A stretch of DNA of 64,000 nucleotides from an uncultured bacterium (GTDB lineage Bacteria > Armatimonadota > Hebobacteria > CAIYQO01): the NCBI GenBank assembly GCA_964590255.1, contig CAZPYA010000003.1, forward strand, positions 14,094-78,093. Reading direction: 5' to 3'. Shown in pieces: positions 39,947 to 49,555 of the stretch. Each line of letters begins with the position of its first letter. Position 1 is the first letter of the stretch. The notes beneath the pieces are model-generated. The model had not been told where the DNA came from. It ran no database searches and saw nothing but the letters and a program-made list of their open reading frames with translations. A program made the position numbers and the translations under genes.

Positions 39947-40059
39947 CAGCGTCCATATCCGTGGACAATCCCGTACCTTGCTCCAGCGACGGAAAACAGG
40001 TATGATGGCGCTTCGTGTGCCCGATACTGGGGGCAACGCGCGCATGAAAGGTGGCAGAT

Positions 40060-40497
40060 ATGGCGCAGGCGGATAAGGGCGATACCGTGAAAGTGCATTA
40101 CACCGGATCGCTGGCAGACGGCTCGGTGTTCGACTCGTCGGAGGGACAAGAGCCGCTGGAATTCACCCTCGGCGACGGACAGGTGATCCCCGGTTTCGAG
40201 GATGGCGTGCAGGGCATGAACGTCGGCGACGAAAAGACGGTGACCATCCCCGCCGCACAGGCCTACGGCGACGCCCGCGAAGACCTCGTCGGCCAGGTGC
40301 CGCGGTCGCAGTTCCCCCCGCAGCTCAACCCCGAACCCGGCATGGAACTGCAGATGACGCTGCCCACCGGCCAGCCCATTCCGGTCATCGTCCGCGAAGT
40401 CACCGACGACCACGTCCTCCTTGATGCCAACCACCCCCTCGCAGGGAAAGACTTGACCTTCAAGCTGCAACTGGTAGACGTGCAGAAAACAGCGTAA
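40060..40497 (+). CDS. FKBP-type peptidyl-prolyl isomerase (SlyD-like, no His-rich tail)
   Basis: GDTVKVHYTG, FDSS, VIPGFE, AYG, DANHPLAGKDLTF. Confidence 0.92.
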   Translation: MAQADKGDTVKVHYTGSLADGSVFDSSEGQEPLEFTLGDGQVIPGFEDGVQGMNVGDEKTVTIPAAQAYGDAREDLVGQVPRSQFPPQLNPEPGMELQMTLPTGQPIPVIVREVTDDHVLLDANHPLAGKDLTFKLQLVDVQKTA

Positions 40498-40606
40498 CGC
40501 AGCCAATATGGTTTGTAATCGCAGCGGAAGCCGCGTCAGGCATGTGTCGCAGACACGCTTGACACGGCTTCCGCCGCGACTACGAATCGGTTCTACACTC
40601 CAGGGT

Positions 40607-41959
40607 TTACGCCGCCGCGCTCAACTCCTCGCGTATCACCCCCGCCAGGTAGGCGGTCCAGTGCTCCACCTGCTCGGTCTGCACGGCTTCCACCATCACG
40701 CGGATTTTCGGTTCGGTGCCGCTGGCGCGGACGACGACGCGGCCGTCCGCGCCCAGCGCGCTTTCCGCGGCGGCGATGGCGTCCTGGATGCGGGCGTGGG
40801 CGTCCCAGCCCTTCACGCTGGTGACATTGATGTTCACCAGCTTCTGCGGGCATTCCTGCAGCACGCCGGCCAGCGCGGAGAGGGGAGCGCCGGCGTCGCG
40901 CAGCACGCGCAGCACCATCAGCGCGGTCACCAGGCCGTCGCCGGTGGTGGCGTGGTCGAGGAAAATGACGTGGCCGCTCTGCTCGCCGCCCAGCACCGCG
41001 CCCAGCCGCTGCATCTCTTCCAGAACATAGCGGTCGCCTACCTGCGTGCGCACCAGCCGCAGGCCGTGGCGCGCCAGCGCGCGCTCTAGCCCCAGGTTGC
41101 TCATCACCGTGCCTACCACCGCGCCGCCGGGCAGTTTCCCTTGCGCGTGCAGCGCCAGCCCGGCCAGCGCCAGCATGTGGTCGCCGTGGACGATCTGGCC
41201 GCGCTCGTCGGCGAGGATGAGCCGGTCGGCATCACCGTCGAAGGCTAGGCCGATATCCGCGCCTAACTCGCGCACCGCCGCCGCCACCACCTCCGGATGG
41301 GTGGCGCCGCATCCGGTGTTGATGTTGATGCCGTCCGGTGAATCATGCAGCGCGGTGACCTTCGCCCCCAGCGCGCGGAACAGGTCGGGGGCCAACGGCG
41401 AGGCCGCGCCGTTGGCGCAGTCCACCACCAGGTGCATCCCCGCCAGGCTTTGGGGCGCCAGGCCGCGCAGGTATTCGCGGTACTGCTCCTGCGCGTCGCC
41501 GGCGGGCAGCCGCCGCCCCAGGCCGTCGCCGGTGGGGTGGTCCAGGTGCTCGGTGGAGTGCACGCGCGCCTCGATGGCCGCCTCTACCGTGTCGGGCAGC
41601 TTGTAGCCTTCGTGCGAGAAGAATTTGATGCCGTTGAATTCAAAGGGGTTGTGCGACGCCGAGATCACCGCGCCTACGTCAACCTGCATCACCCGCGCCA
41701 GGAAGGCGATGCCCGCGGTGGGAATCACGCCCACCGGGATGACATCCGCCCCCGCCGAGCAAAACCCGGCGATCATTGCCGCCTCGATCATGTCGCCGGA
41801 GACGCGCGTATCGCGCCCGATCACCACCCGCGGCCGGCAGCCGTCGCCGCATCGCCGTAATACTGTCGCCGCCGCCCGCGCAATGCGCAGGCTCACATGC
41901 ACCGTCAGGTCGGCGTTGGCCACGCCCCGCACGCCATCCGTCCCGAAGAGTTCTCGCAC
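40607..41959 (-). CDS. glmM: Phosphoglucosamine mutase
   Basis: GAAGG RBS, GTG 41959: MRELFGTDGVRG, GRDTRVSG, ISASHNP, NGIKFF, FDGDADR, GGEQSGH, RASGTEPKIRVMVE. Confidence 0.95.
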   Translation of the reverse strand: MRELFGTDGVRGVANADLTVHVSLRIARAAATVLRRCGDGCRPRVVIGRDTRVSGDMIEAAMIAGFCSAGADVIPVGVIPTAGIAFLARVMQVDVGAVISASHNPFEFNGIKFFSHEGYKLPDTVEAAIEARVHSTEHLDHPTGDGLGRRLPAGDAQEQYREYLRGLAPQSLAGMHLVVDCANGAASPLAPDLFRALGAKVTALHDSPDGININTGCGATHPEVVAAAVRELGADIGLAFDGDADRLILADERGQIVHGDHMLALAGLALHAQGKLPGGAVVGTVMSNLGLERALARHGLRLVRTQVGDRYVLEEMQRLGAVLGGEQSGHVIFLDHATTGDGLVTALMVLRVLRDAGAPLSALAGVLQECPQKLVNINVTSVKGWDAHARIQDAIAAAESALGADGRVVVRASGTEPKIRVMVEAVQTEQVEHWTAYLAGVIREELSAAA

Positions 41960-42366
41960 AATGATCCTTCCGCCGACAAGTTCCGGCCCGCAACCGGGCC
42001 GGCCATGCGAAGTATGCCCGACACCCGCCACCATTAACCGCGCACGCCCGCCACGAAATGCCACCGGCATCGTGCCGGGCGGGGCACGGAAACCGTGCGG
42101 GCTGTCGCATGCAAAAGGGTCTCGCATCGCGCCAGCGACATCTTGCCGGGCGGGGGTGTGGGGTGCGTGGGGCTGTTGCCGGTGATTGTCGGGGGGTCGG
42201 CGGCGCCATGCACGGGGGATTTGTCACCGTGCCGGCCTGAATGTGCGCGGAATCCCCATCCGTGTGCGGACGCGTCGCATCTCACCCCTCCCGATTGTTT
42301 GCCACGATAGTGCAAGGTGTATACGGCAAATGAAGCCACCTATTTTCACCTGAAGGAGGAGAGGCT

Positions 42367-43305
42367 ATGGGCAACACATGGGGCGTGAAGCTTCTGATAT
42401 TCAGCAGTCTGCTGCTGCTGGCATCCGGGGCGCTGGCGCAATACGGCACGCAACTGTCTCCGCGGTTTATGCCGGGCAGCGCGGTGGATGGTAGCAACCT
42501 GGTCCCGTATCTGCAGGCGGAGCTGAATGGGATCGCGCTGCTGACGGCACAGAGCAACTACCTGATGCAGCAGGGCGACACCGTGGGGTCGGTGCTGGTA
42601 TCGAGCTACATTCCCGATCACCAGATGCAGGCGTCGATGCTGGCGCAGGAGATTCGCAACCGCGGCGGCGATCCCGATACCGTGCAGGCGAATCTCAGCA
42701 CCCCGTACCTGGGCACACGGGCGCAAATACTCGCCTACGATAGTCAACAATACGTGCAGGCGGCGACCAGTTATCGTCGGCTGACGAAGGCGGGCACGGA
42801 AGACTCGCGGATGCTGGGCATGAGCGGACTGAGCAACGCCGAACGGCATTTCGCGTCGCTGCAGGTCGCCCATGGCGCGACGATCGGCGGGCCGATAGCG
42901 GTGCTGAACGGGCTGAATTACGCCCTGCAGCTCGAGCGGACGGCGATCCTCGACATCCAGACGCAGGCGTCGCAACTGAACCGGATGAATGATCCGGCCA
43001 CCGCCAACCGGCTGCTGAGCCTGATCCCGGCGCACCAGGCGCAGGCGGCAACGCTGGAATCGCTCATTACGCGGATGGGCGGCAACCCGGCGGCGGTGCA
43101 GACCGCCACGGTGGCACTGCTGCCCACCCGGGACGCCATCATGGCGCACTTCCGCTCGGCGGATATCCAGATAGCCAATACCTACGCGACGCAGATCGCC
43201 GGATTCTCCAGCGCCAGCCCGATCTATGTCGCCAGCCTGCAGGGGCAGCGCAACGCGCTGACCGCCATCGCGGTGCTCTTCGGCACAGTCGTGCCGACGG
43301 TGTAG
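42367..43305 (+). CDS. Secreted protein with two tandem ferritin-like four-helix repeats
   Basis: GGAGGAGAGG RBS; signal peptide; internal repeat IPDHQMQASML..RNRGGDP / IPAHQAQAATL..TRMGGNP. Confidence 0.6.
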   Translation: MGNTWGVKLLIFSSLLLLASGALAQYGTQLSPRFMPGSAVDGSNLVPYLQAELNGIALLTAQSNYLMQQGDTVGSVLVSSYIPDHQMQASMLAQEIRNRGGDPDTVQANLSTPYLGTRAQILAYDSQQYVQAATSYRRLTKAGTEDSRMLGMSGLSNAERHFASLQVAHGATIGGPIAVLNGLNYALQLERTAILDIQTQASQLNRMNDPATANRLLSLIPAHQAQAATLESLITRMGGNPAAVQTATVALLPTRDAIMAHFRSADIQIANTYATQIAGFSSASPIYVASLQGQRNALTAIAVLFGTVVPTV

Positions 43306-43310
43306 CAGGA

Positions 43311-43384
43311 CTCCCCATATCTCCCCCTCTCCCAGCATTGGGAGAGGGGGCAGGGGGTGAGGGCGCGCGCGGGAGCGCGCAACG
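43311..43384. repeat. REP element, CCCTCTCCC..GGGAGAGGG family with GCGCGCAACG tail
   Basis: CCCCTCTCCCAGCATTGGGAGAGGGGGCAGGGGGTGAGGGCGCGCGCGGGAGCGCGCAACG; homologous to 53689-53757 and 54757-54816. Confidence 0.8.
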
Positions 43385-43403
43385 AGAAATGGGGACGGAC
43401 GCT

Positions 43404-43907
43404 ATGGGCACGCGCGAATTACTGGTTTATCGCCTGCAGGAACTGTATGGGTTTCACCACGACCTGCTGCCGATTTTTGACGCGATGCACCAGCGGGCGC
43501 TCAGCGAGCGACTGCGGGTGATGCTGGGACGGCAGCGGGACATGCTGCGGACGGAACTCGACACGCTGGAGCAGGCGCTCAACCTGCTCGGTGCGCGCTT
43601 CTCGCTGGAGCACAGCACGGTGGCGCCGGCCTTCCGCGAAGCGATGGCGCGGTTTCGCGCGCGCACCGATCCCCCCCCGGACATCCTGGACATCGCCACC
43701 GTGCTGGACCTGATGAAGACGGCGCACCTGGCCATCGGCACATACGAAGGCAGCATCGAGCTGGCGCGGGCTATCGGCGAGGGCGACGTCGCCACCCTTC
43801 TCGACGAGTTGCTGCAGCACCAGGTCGCCGATCTGGCCGCATTGCGCGACTTCGCGCTGTCGCTCATCAGCGAGATCAGCGAGGAGGAAGGGCGTCAGGC
43901 GGCGTAA
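43404..43907 (+). CDS. Ferritin-like DUF892/YciF-family protein
   Basis: ATG 43404 (the track extension lies in a REP). RELLVYRLQELYG, LEQALNLLG, AHLAIGTYEG, LLDELLQHQ. Confidence 0.65.
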   Translation: MGTRELLVYRLQELYGFHHDLLPIFDAMHQRALSERLRVMLGRQRDMLRTELDTLEQALNLLGARFSLEHSTVAPAFREAMARFRARTDPPPDILDIATVLDLMKTAHLAIGTYEGSIELARAIGEGDVATLLDELLQHQVADLAALRDFALSLISEISEEEGRQAA

Positions 43908-43915
43908 CGGCACGA

Positions 43916-44767
43916 TCAAGTCAGGCCTGGCGCGGCCGGGTCGTGGTTGGCGTGGCGGCGGAGTGCCTCGCCCGCGCGGTGGGTGGCGTAGCAATACACG
44001 CAGCCGCGCGGGCAGGTGTCGTAGGCGCCGAGATCTTTGCTGGGGGCGCAGCCGCAGGCGGGGCGCTGGCCGCCGTCCCGTACCGGCTTCACCACGACGC
44101 CCAATTCGCAATACAACTGAAGCGGGTCGATGCAACGCCCGGCAGGAATACCCGGGAGAGCGCCGGCGCAGCTCTCGATGGCCATGCCGTGGGCGGCGGC
44201 GATGGTGGCCACCTGCCGGCACAGGCCGGCGATGTCCGCGTCGCCCAGCGGGGTGATGCCCAGCCGGCCCAGGCGCCCGTCGGCATGCCGGTATGGCTGG
44301 TACAGGCTGATTTTCACCCGTGTCGTCGCGCCGGCCAGGCGATCAGCGAGCCGCGCAAACTGCGCCGCGTGCCAGTCCGGCGGCATGTCCGCGGTCAGCA
44401 GTATCGGGTCATACCGCCATGTCAGCCGTCCGGGCCCGACATGCGCCGCCAGCCGGTGCATTGTCTCCAGAGCCGGGCCGGTGGCGGGCGACCCCGGCTC
44501 CAGCGCCGCCCCATAGCCGGTGAGGGTATACCCGAAGAGGTAGCGATATCCGCGGCCGTCCAGCTCGGACAGGTGCGGCAGCAGCGGCGCCGCGTCGCGC
44601 GTCCAGAAGACGATAGCGTCTACGTCCTCCGGCATCAGCGATACCCGCGCCACCTGCCGCGGGTTCATCGGGTTGGCCGCCATGCACCACCCCGCGCGCA
44701 ATCGCGCCAGCAGCCACGGCGTGTAATAGGCCGGGATATCCGTCCGCCGGCTTGCGCTGATGATCAT
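43916..44767 (-). CDS. DUF1848 domain protein
   Basis: MIISASRRTDIPAYY, IVFWTR, WRYDPI, CGCAPSKDLGAYDTCPRGCVYCYA. Confidence 0.9.
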   Translation of the reverse strand: MIISASRRTDIPAYYTPWLLARLRAGWCMAANPMNPRQVARVSLMPEDVDAIVFWTRDAAPLLPHLSELDGRGYRYLFGYTLTGYGAALEPGSPATGPALETMHRLAAHVGPGRLTWRYDPILLTADMPPDWHAAQFARLADRLAGATTRVKISLYQPYRHADGRLGRLGITPLGDADIAGLCRQVATIAAAHGMAIESCAGALPGIPAGRCIDPLQLYCELGVVVKPVRDGGQRPACGCAPSKDLGAYDTCPRGCVYCYATHRAGEALRRHANHDPAAPGLT

Positions 44768-44795
44768 CGGGTGCTCTTCCCCGCGGGCGGTGCCG

Positions 44796-45767
44796 TCAGT
44801 AGGCCCCCTCCGCGCGCCATGTTGCCAGCATCGCCTCGTAGTGCGCGGTGGGAATCTGGGGGAAGATGGCGTTGGAGCCGCCCAGCACGAATCCCCCGCC
44901 CGGCTTCGCCACGGCGAGCACGCGCGAGATTTCCACGGTGATGGCTTCAGCCGGGCCGAACTGCAGCAGCCCGCAGTCCAGGTTGCCGCACAGGCACAGC
45001 CTGTCGCCCACCGCTGCCTTCACCGCGCCGATTTCCATGCCCGCAATGGGGTCGATGGCCTGCAGGCCGTGGATGTCGCTGTCCGCCAATTGGTCGATAA
45101 TGGCGGTCAGGTTGCCGTCCGAATGCAAGATGCCGCAGAGGTCGGCGTCGCGCGCGGCGGTCGCCCAGCGGCGGTAATACGGCAGCCAGAAGGCGTCCAA
45201 CTGCGCCGGCGGGAAAAACACGCCGTGGTTGTCGGCGATGTCGCAGGCACATACCGCCGCGTCCGCCCCCAGGTCGCGCGCCCGGCTCAGCGCCTCGATG
45301 CCGCCGGCCAGCATGGCCTCCGCCCGCTCGGTCACCTCGTCCGGCGCATCGAATAGCCAGTAGCAGAACTCCTCGTACCCCGCGCCGATGGGCGGCATCA
45401 GCAGCCCGCCCACGCCTTTCGCCAGCGCGATCTCCTCGCCTACCACCGCGCGCAGGATGCGCAGTTGCTCCCACGAGGCATCGCCCGGCAGCCAGTAATA
45501 CGCCGGTTCGCCCGGCGCGATCTCCCAGTACCCGCCCGGACTGGTCAACGCCGAAAACCCCAGGTGCCGCGCCACCGACGCCATCAACTCCGCGTTTCGC
45601 CACAGCGCCCGCTCCTGCTCGCTCGCCGACAACGCCGCGAACGCGTGCCCCAGCACCAGCGCATGCCCGCTGTACCGGTCAAACAGGTGAAACTCGATCT
45701 CCCACAGCGGCACCACATCCGGCTGCTGCCCATGCAAGGCCGTAATAAACCGATTCCGCGGCGTCAT
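44796..45767 (-). CDS. Uroporphyrinogen decarboxylase / MtaA-CmuA methyltransferase family protein
   Basis: MTPRNRFITALHGQQPDVVP, CDIA, ILHSDGN, CLCGNLD, GGGFVLGGSN. Confidence 0.85.
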   Translation of the reverse strand: MTPRNRFITALHGQQPDVVPLWEIEFHLFDRYSGHALVLGHAFAALSASEQERALWRNAELMASVARHLGFSALTSPGGYWEIAPGEPAYYWLPGDASWEQLRILRAVVGEEIALAKGVGGLLMPPIGAGYEEFCYWLFDAPDEVTERAEAMLAGGIEALSRARDLGADAAVCACDIADNHGVFFPPAQLDAFWLPYYRRWATAARDADLCGILHSDGNLTAIIDQLADSDIHGLQAIDPIAGMEIGAVKAAVGDRLCLCGNLDCGLLQFGPAEAITVEISRVLAVAKPGGGFVLGGSNAIFPQIPTAHYEAMLATWRAEGAY

Positions 45768-45778
45768 ACTCCCCCCCA

Positions 45779-45992
45779 CTCAACCAAAAAGGGTCGTAGT
45801 CTTCCACTCCGGCCCTTTTCTTGTGTCCTTTGCGTTCTTTTGCGGCTAACTCCCGTCCCCCCAAAGGGGGCCAACACCGCCTCCGTGCCCTCTGTGTCTC
45901 TGTGGTTATTAACATCCCCTCACTCAACCACCAAGGGCTGTAGCCTTCCGCTCCGACCCTTCCTTGTGTTCTTTGTGTTCTTTTGCGGCTAA
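45779..45992. repeat. ~70-bp imperfect direct repeat pair with an intervening AACCACAGAGACACAGAG-type element
   Basis: CTCAACC..AAGGG..GTAG.CTTCC.CTCCG.CCCTT.CTTGTGT.CTTTG.GTTCTTTTGCGGCTAA at 45779-45849 and 45923-45992; CTCCGTGCCCTCTGTGTCTCTGTGGTT at about 45881-45907. Confidence 0.75.
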
Positions 45993-46002
45993 ATACCGTC
46001 CC

Positions 46003-46725
46003 CTACGCCTTCACTGTCCGCACCAGCAGCCCGGCGTCGTCGGCAATAATCCCGTCCACGCCCATCGCCGCCAGCGTGCGCATGCGCTCGGCGTCGTTCA
46101 CCGTCCAGGCGATCACCCCGATGCGCGCCCGGTGGATCGCCTCCACATGCGCCGTGTGCAGCACGCGCTCCGGGATGCCCAGCGCCCCGGCGCTCACCTC
46201 GCGCGCCAACCCCATCCAGTCGGCGAAGGCGGCCGCGTCGTCCAGCGGCGTCCAGTTTCCCAGCAACAGCCGGCGCATGGACGGTGCCAGATGCGCCACC
46301 TCGCGCAGCCAGTCGGCGTTGAAGGAAAAGATGATCGCCTGGTTCTCCATCTCCATCTCGCGCAGCAACGCCACCGTGGGCAGCGCCGTGCCCGGCGCTT
46401 TCAGCTCGATGCACAACGCCAGCGTGCCGCGCAGCGAGGACAGCGCCTCCACCAGCGTGGGAATGCGCTCGCCGGCGTAGCGGGGCGAGGTGCGCGACCC
46501 CGCGTCCAGCGCCTTCAACTCCGCCACCGTCATCTCGCGCACCACGCCGCTGCCGTTCGTGGTGCGGTCCACCACCTCGTCGTGGATCACCACCGGCACG
46601 CCGTCCGCCGACAGGCGCACGTCGAACTCGATGCCCTCCACCCCCTGCGCCATCGCCTGGCGAAACGCCGCCAGCGTGTTTTCGGGGGCATTGGCACTAT
46701 GGCCGCGATGGGCGATGCGCAACAT
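46003..46725 (-). CDS. Glycerophosphodiester phosphodiesterase family protein
   Basis: IAHRGHSANAPENTLAAF, IEFDV, VVIHD, RIPTL, IELK, AWTVND, GIIAD. Confidence 0.92.
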   Translation of the reverse strand: MLRIAHRGHSANAPENTLAAFRQAMAQGVEGIEFDVRLSADGVPVVIHDEVVDRTTNGSGVVREMTVAELKALDAGSRTSPRYAGERIPTLVEALSSLRGTLALCIELKAPGTALPTVALLREMEMENQAIIFSFNADWLREVAHLAPSMRRLLLGNWTPLDDAAAFADWMGLAREVSAGALGIPERVLHTAHVEAIHRARIGVIAWTVNDAERMRTLAAMGVDGIIADDAGLLVRTVKA

Positions 46726-47552
46726 CAGTCACCCTCCACCACGCGGCGCAGCTTCCGCAGCCCCGTCGCCGCCGCCTCAAAGGCGTCCATGGCGTAATAC
46801 TCCGCGTTGAAGAGTTCCAGCGAGAGCATGCCGGTGAAGCCCGCGTGCGCCAGGTCGGCGAAAATCTGCCCCAGCGGGGCGACGCCGTCGCCAGGGAAGA
46901 CGCGCTGGCTGTCATTGATGACCGCGCGCGGCGGGTCGGCGGGGTAGTCGTTCACGTGGAACAGCCCCAGCATCTCCGGCCCCAGCAGACGCAGCGCGGC
47001 GAAGTCGCCGCTGCCCTTGTAGATGTGGAAGACGTCGGCGAGGAGGCAGGCGTCGTGCCGGCCGCATTCCGCCGCCACGTAGAGCGCCTCGCTCATCCGC
47101 CCCAGGCTTTTCGACATCCCCCAGAACTCCAGCATCGGCGTCACGCCGTACTCCGCGCCGATCTCGAGCAATGCCGCGTATCGCTCGGCGGCGGCGTCCA
47201 GGTTCAGCCCGCCGTCAGTAGCGCCCACTGGCGGCGCCGCCAGCCGCTGCGCCCCCACGCGCCGCGCCAGCTCCAGGTTCCGCCGCGCCTCCGCCAGTCC
47301 CGCGGCCCGCTGCGCGTCGTCATCCACCGCCCACGGGAAAAAGCCGATCAGGTTCGGCACGGCCAGCCCGGCGTCGGCGATGCGCCGGCCCAGTTCGTCC
47401 AGGTCGCCCCCCGATGCCGCATACGCGTCCAACTCGCTCACCCACGGCTCGATGCCCTCATATCCCGCCCGCGCCGCGATGTCGATCTCCTCCAGCAGCG
47501 ACAACCCCTGCCCCTTGATGGTGCTGGTGTTCAAACAATACCCGAATGCCAT
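46725..47552 (-). CDS. Sugar phosphate isomerase/epimerase (AP-endonuclease-2 TIM barrel)
   Basis: GYEGIEPW, MLEFWG, DVFH, FHVND, RVFPGDG, LSLELF. Confidence 0.88.
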   Translation of the reverse strand: MAFGYCLNTSTIKGQGLSLLEEIDIAARAGYEGIEPWVSELDAYAASGGDLDELGRRIADAGLAVPNLIGFFPWAVDDDAQRAAGLAEARRNLELARRVGAQRLAAPPVGATDGGLNLDAAAERYAALLEIGAEYGVTPMLEFWGMSKSLGRMSEALYVAAECGRHDACLLADVFHIYKGSGDFAALRLLGPEMLGLFHVNDYPADPPRAVINDSQRVFPGDGVAPLGQIFADLAHAGFTGMLSLELFNAEYYAMDAFEAAATGLRKLRRVVEGD

Positions 47553-47602
47553 GCTTCCCCTCCGTTTCCCCATACCTTCGCCACAGAATCACCCGCGTCC
47601 TC

Positions 47603-48082
47603 CTCGCACTCGTGCTCGTGCTCGTGCTCGACAATGAAGTATGGTTCGGTGGCGGCGGCTGTAGGCGGAAAAATAGTGACAGGAACCGTTTTCCTGATAG
47701 ATAGTAACCGCTGGGCTATCCTGGACTTGGGAAAACGGTTGCTGGCACTATTTTTCTGGCAGTTGGATGGTCTGGAGGGCGAGACTCCGTCGAGCCGCTG
47801 AGTGCCTAATCGGCACCCCTCCCCGACCCTTCCCCGTCCTCTCCACTGCGTTCCGCGGACAGGGGAAGGGAGTATATATTGGCACTCCCTCCCCTGTGCA
47901 TGAAGGACACGAGGGGAGGGCTTGGCCGATCAGGCAATCCAGTAACGAGTTCTGACGGCTCGACAGCGTCTCGCCCTCCAGGATATCCACCTACCAGAAA
48001 TGGGGACTGTAACGAATTTCTCGATCATAAAACAGGGTGACGATCCCTGTTCAACCAGAAATTCGTTGCTGTACCCATTTCC
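47603..48082. repeat. Composite, partly nested REP array (at least 5 families in about 480 nt)
   Basis: CTCGTG hexamer run 47603-47630; family-2 doublet 47668-47756; GGAGGGCGAGACTC doublet 47772-47796 / 47956-47981 enclosing a TGCCTAATCGGC...GCCGATCAGGCA element (47801-47936); family-1 doublet 47997-48081. Confidence 0.85.
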
Positions 48083-48160
48083 GAAAATCCCCTGCCCGCG
48101 TTGACATCCCACCCCGCCCGTCCTATGCTAGGGGAGCATTCCGACACAGGAGACCTGCCC

Positions 48161-49501
48161 ATGACCGAACACCAGCGCGACCTTGCGCGCATCGAGCGCA
48201 TTCTGGACGAAACTCCGGCCATCGACCGTAGTTACATGGCGCCGAAGGAAGAATTCCTCGAGCGCGTGGAGCGGGTGAACGTGGCGCTGGCGGCTGCCGG
48301 GCATACCGTGGGCATCGTCTTCAGCGACGAGCATTACCGCGGCGACGTGCCGTACCTTGGCGGCAACACCAACCTGTCCATCGAGCAGGTGGCCGGTGTC
48401 GTCGGCCCCACCGGTTTCCACATCGTGGCCGGGCTGGAGGGCGGCTACGTGGCTGAACAGCTTGCGCCCCGCTCCGGCGCCCGTGTGCACAAGGCGGAGC
48501 TGCTGCAACTGGCCGATGAGCAGTACCCCATCCAGGCGGAGCGGCTGGAAGACATCATCGCCATGGCCGGCGAAGGCCCGGTGGACCACGTGGCGCTGCT
48601 CACCCCACGCCAGGTCATCCCCGCCGGCATCGTCGAGTACCTGGAAGGCCTCTACGGCAAGGACGGCGTGGTGGATGCGCAGGAACTCTATTACAAGGTC
48701 AAATACGAAAAAAGCGATATCGAGATGCGCCTCATCGCCGACGCCTGCACCATCGCCGACGCCATGATGCGCGCCATGCTCGCCGTGCTGCGCCCCGGCC
48801 GACTGGAAACCGAGTTGGTGGCCTGGGCGCAGTTCGTCGGCCGCATGCTCGGCTCCGAATCCGACGGCTTCAAAATCATCGTCGGCGCCAACGAGGCGAA
48901 TCGCACCCTCATCGGCCCCGGCCTCAACCGGCCCATCCGCGAGGGCGATTGGGTGCACCTGGGTGTGGCCCCGCAGCGCGACGGCCTCACCTCCTGCATC
49001 CGCCGCTCGGTCATCGCCGTCGACCACCCGAAGAAAGTCACCGACGAGCAGCGCTACTGGTTGAGCATGGTGGAGGACGCCTACGCCGTGGGCGAGCAGT
49101 GGTACCGCAAAGTCGCCGTCGAGAACCTGCCCGCGCGGCTGCAGGAGCAGGCGCTGGTCGACTACTTCTCCGGCCGCTCCGCCGAGGTGTCCGCCCGCCT
49201 TGGAAAACCTGTCGACCTCGCCCGGCAAAAACCCTACACCGGCACCCACAACGCCGGCTACACCGAGTGCCAGGAATTCTACGGCGCCATCACCCTCGAC
49301 AGCCACGCGCCGCTCGGTCGCCAGATCGTCACCATGCTCGACGTCGCCCTGCGCGGCATCGGCGACTACTGGGACGACATCGTCCTCCCCGGCTTCGACT
49401 ACGCGCTGGTGGAAAACACCCTCGGCAAATACGGCCCGCGTGTCGAAGTGCTCACTAAAGTCCCGGTGAATGTGCAGGCCCTCGTCGGCCGGGGTATATA
49501 A
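48161..49501 (+). CDS. M24 (aminopeptidase P / creatinase) fold protein with degenerate metal site
   Basis: GGAG RBS; KYEKSDIEM, LRPGRLETE, REGDWV, EVLT framework. The two Asp ligands read as G and C. Confidence 0.7.
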   Translation: MTEHQRDLARIERILDETPAIDRSYMAPKEEFLERVERVNVALAAAGHTVGIVFSDEHYRGDVPYLGGNTNLSIEQVAGVVGPTGFHIVAGLEGGYVAEQLAPRSGARVHKAELLQLADEQYPIQAERLEDIIAMAGEGPVDHVALLTPRQVIPAGIVEYLEGLYGKDGVVDAQELYYKVKYEKSDIEMRLIADACTIADAMMRAMLAVLRPGRLETELVAWAQFVGRMLGSESDGFKIIVGANEANRTLIGPGLNRPIREGDWVHLGVAPQRDGLTSCIRRSVIAVDHPKKVTDEQRYWLSMVEDAYAVGEQWYRKVAVENLPARLQEQALVDYFSGRSAEVSARLGKPVDLARQKPYTGTHNAGYTECQEFYGAITLDSHAPLGRQIVTMLDVALRGIGDYWDDIVLPGFDYALVENTLGKYGPRVEVLTKVPVNVQALVGRGI

Positions 49502-49555
49502 TGAAAATCGGCATTGCATGCCGCACTCCACAATGACCCACCCATGGAGGCTGCC

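Noticed and set aside
41960-42340. glmS-type ribozyme or other structured leader upstream of glmM
   Set aside because: Only a TCGGCGGA fragment matches; the AGCGCC and GACGAG core elements are absent.
43338-43403. Track N-terminal extensions at 43338, 58845 and 63340
   Set aside because: They are translations of intergenic REP elements upstream of better starts (43404, 59040, 63118), unlike the internal insertion at 54707.
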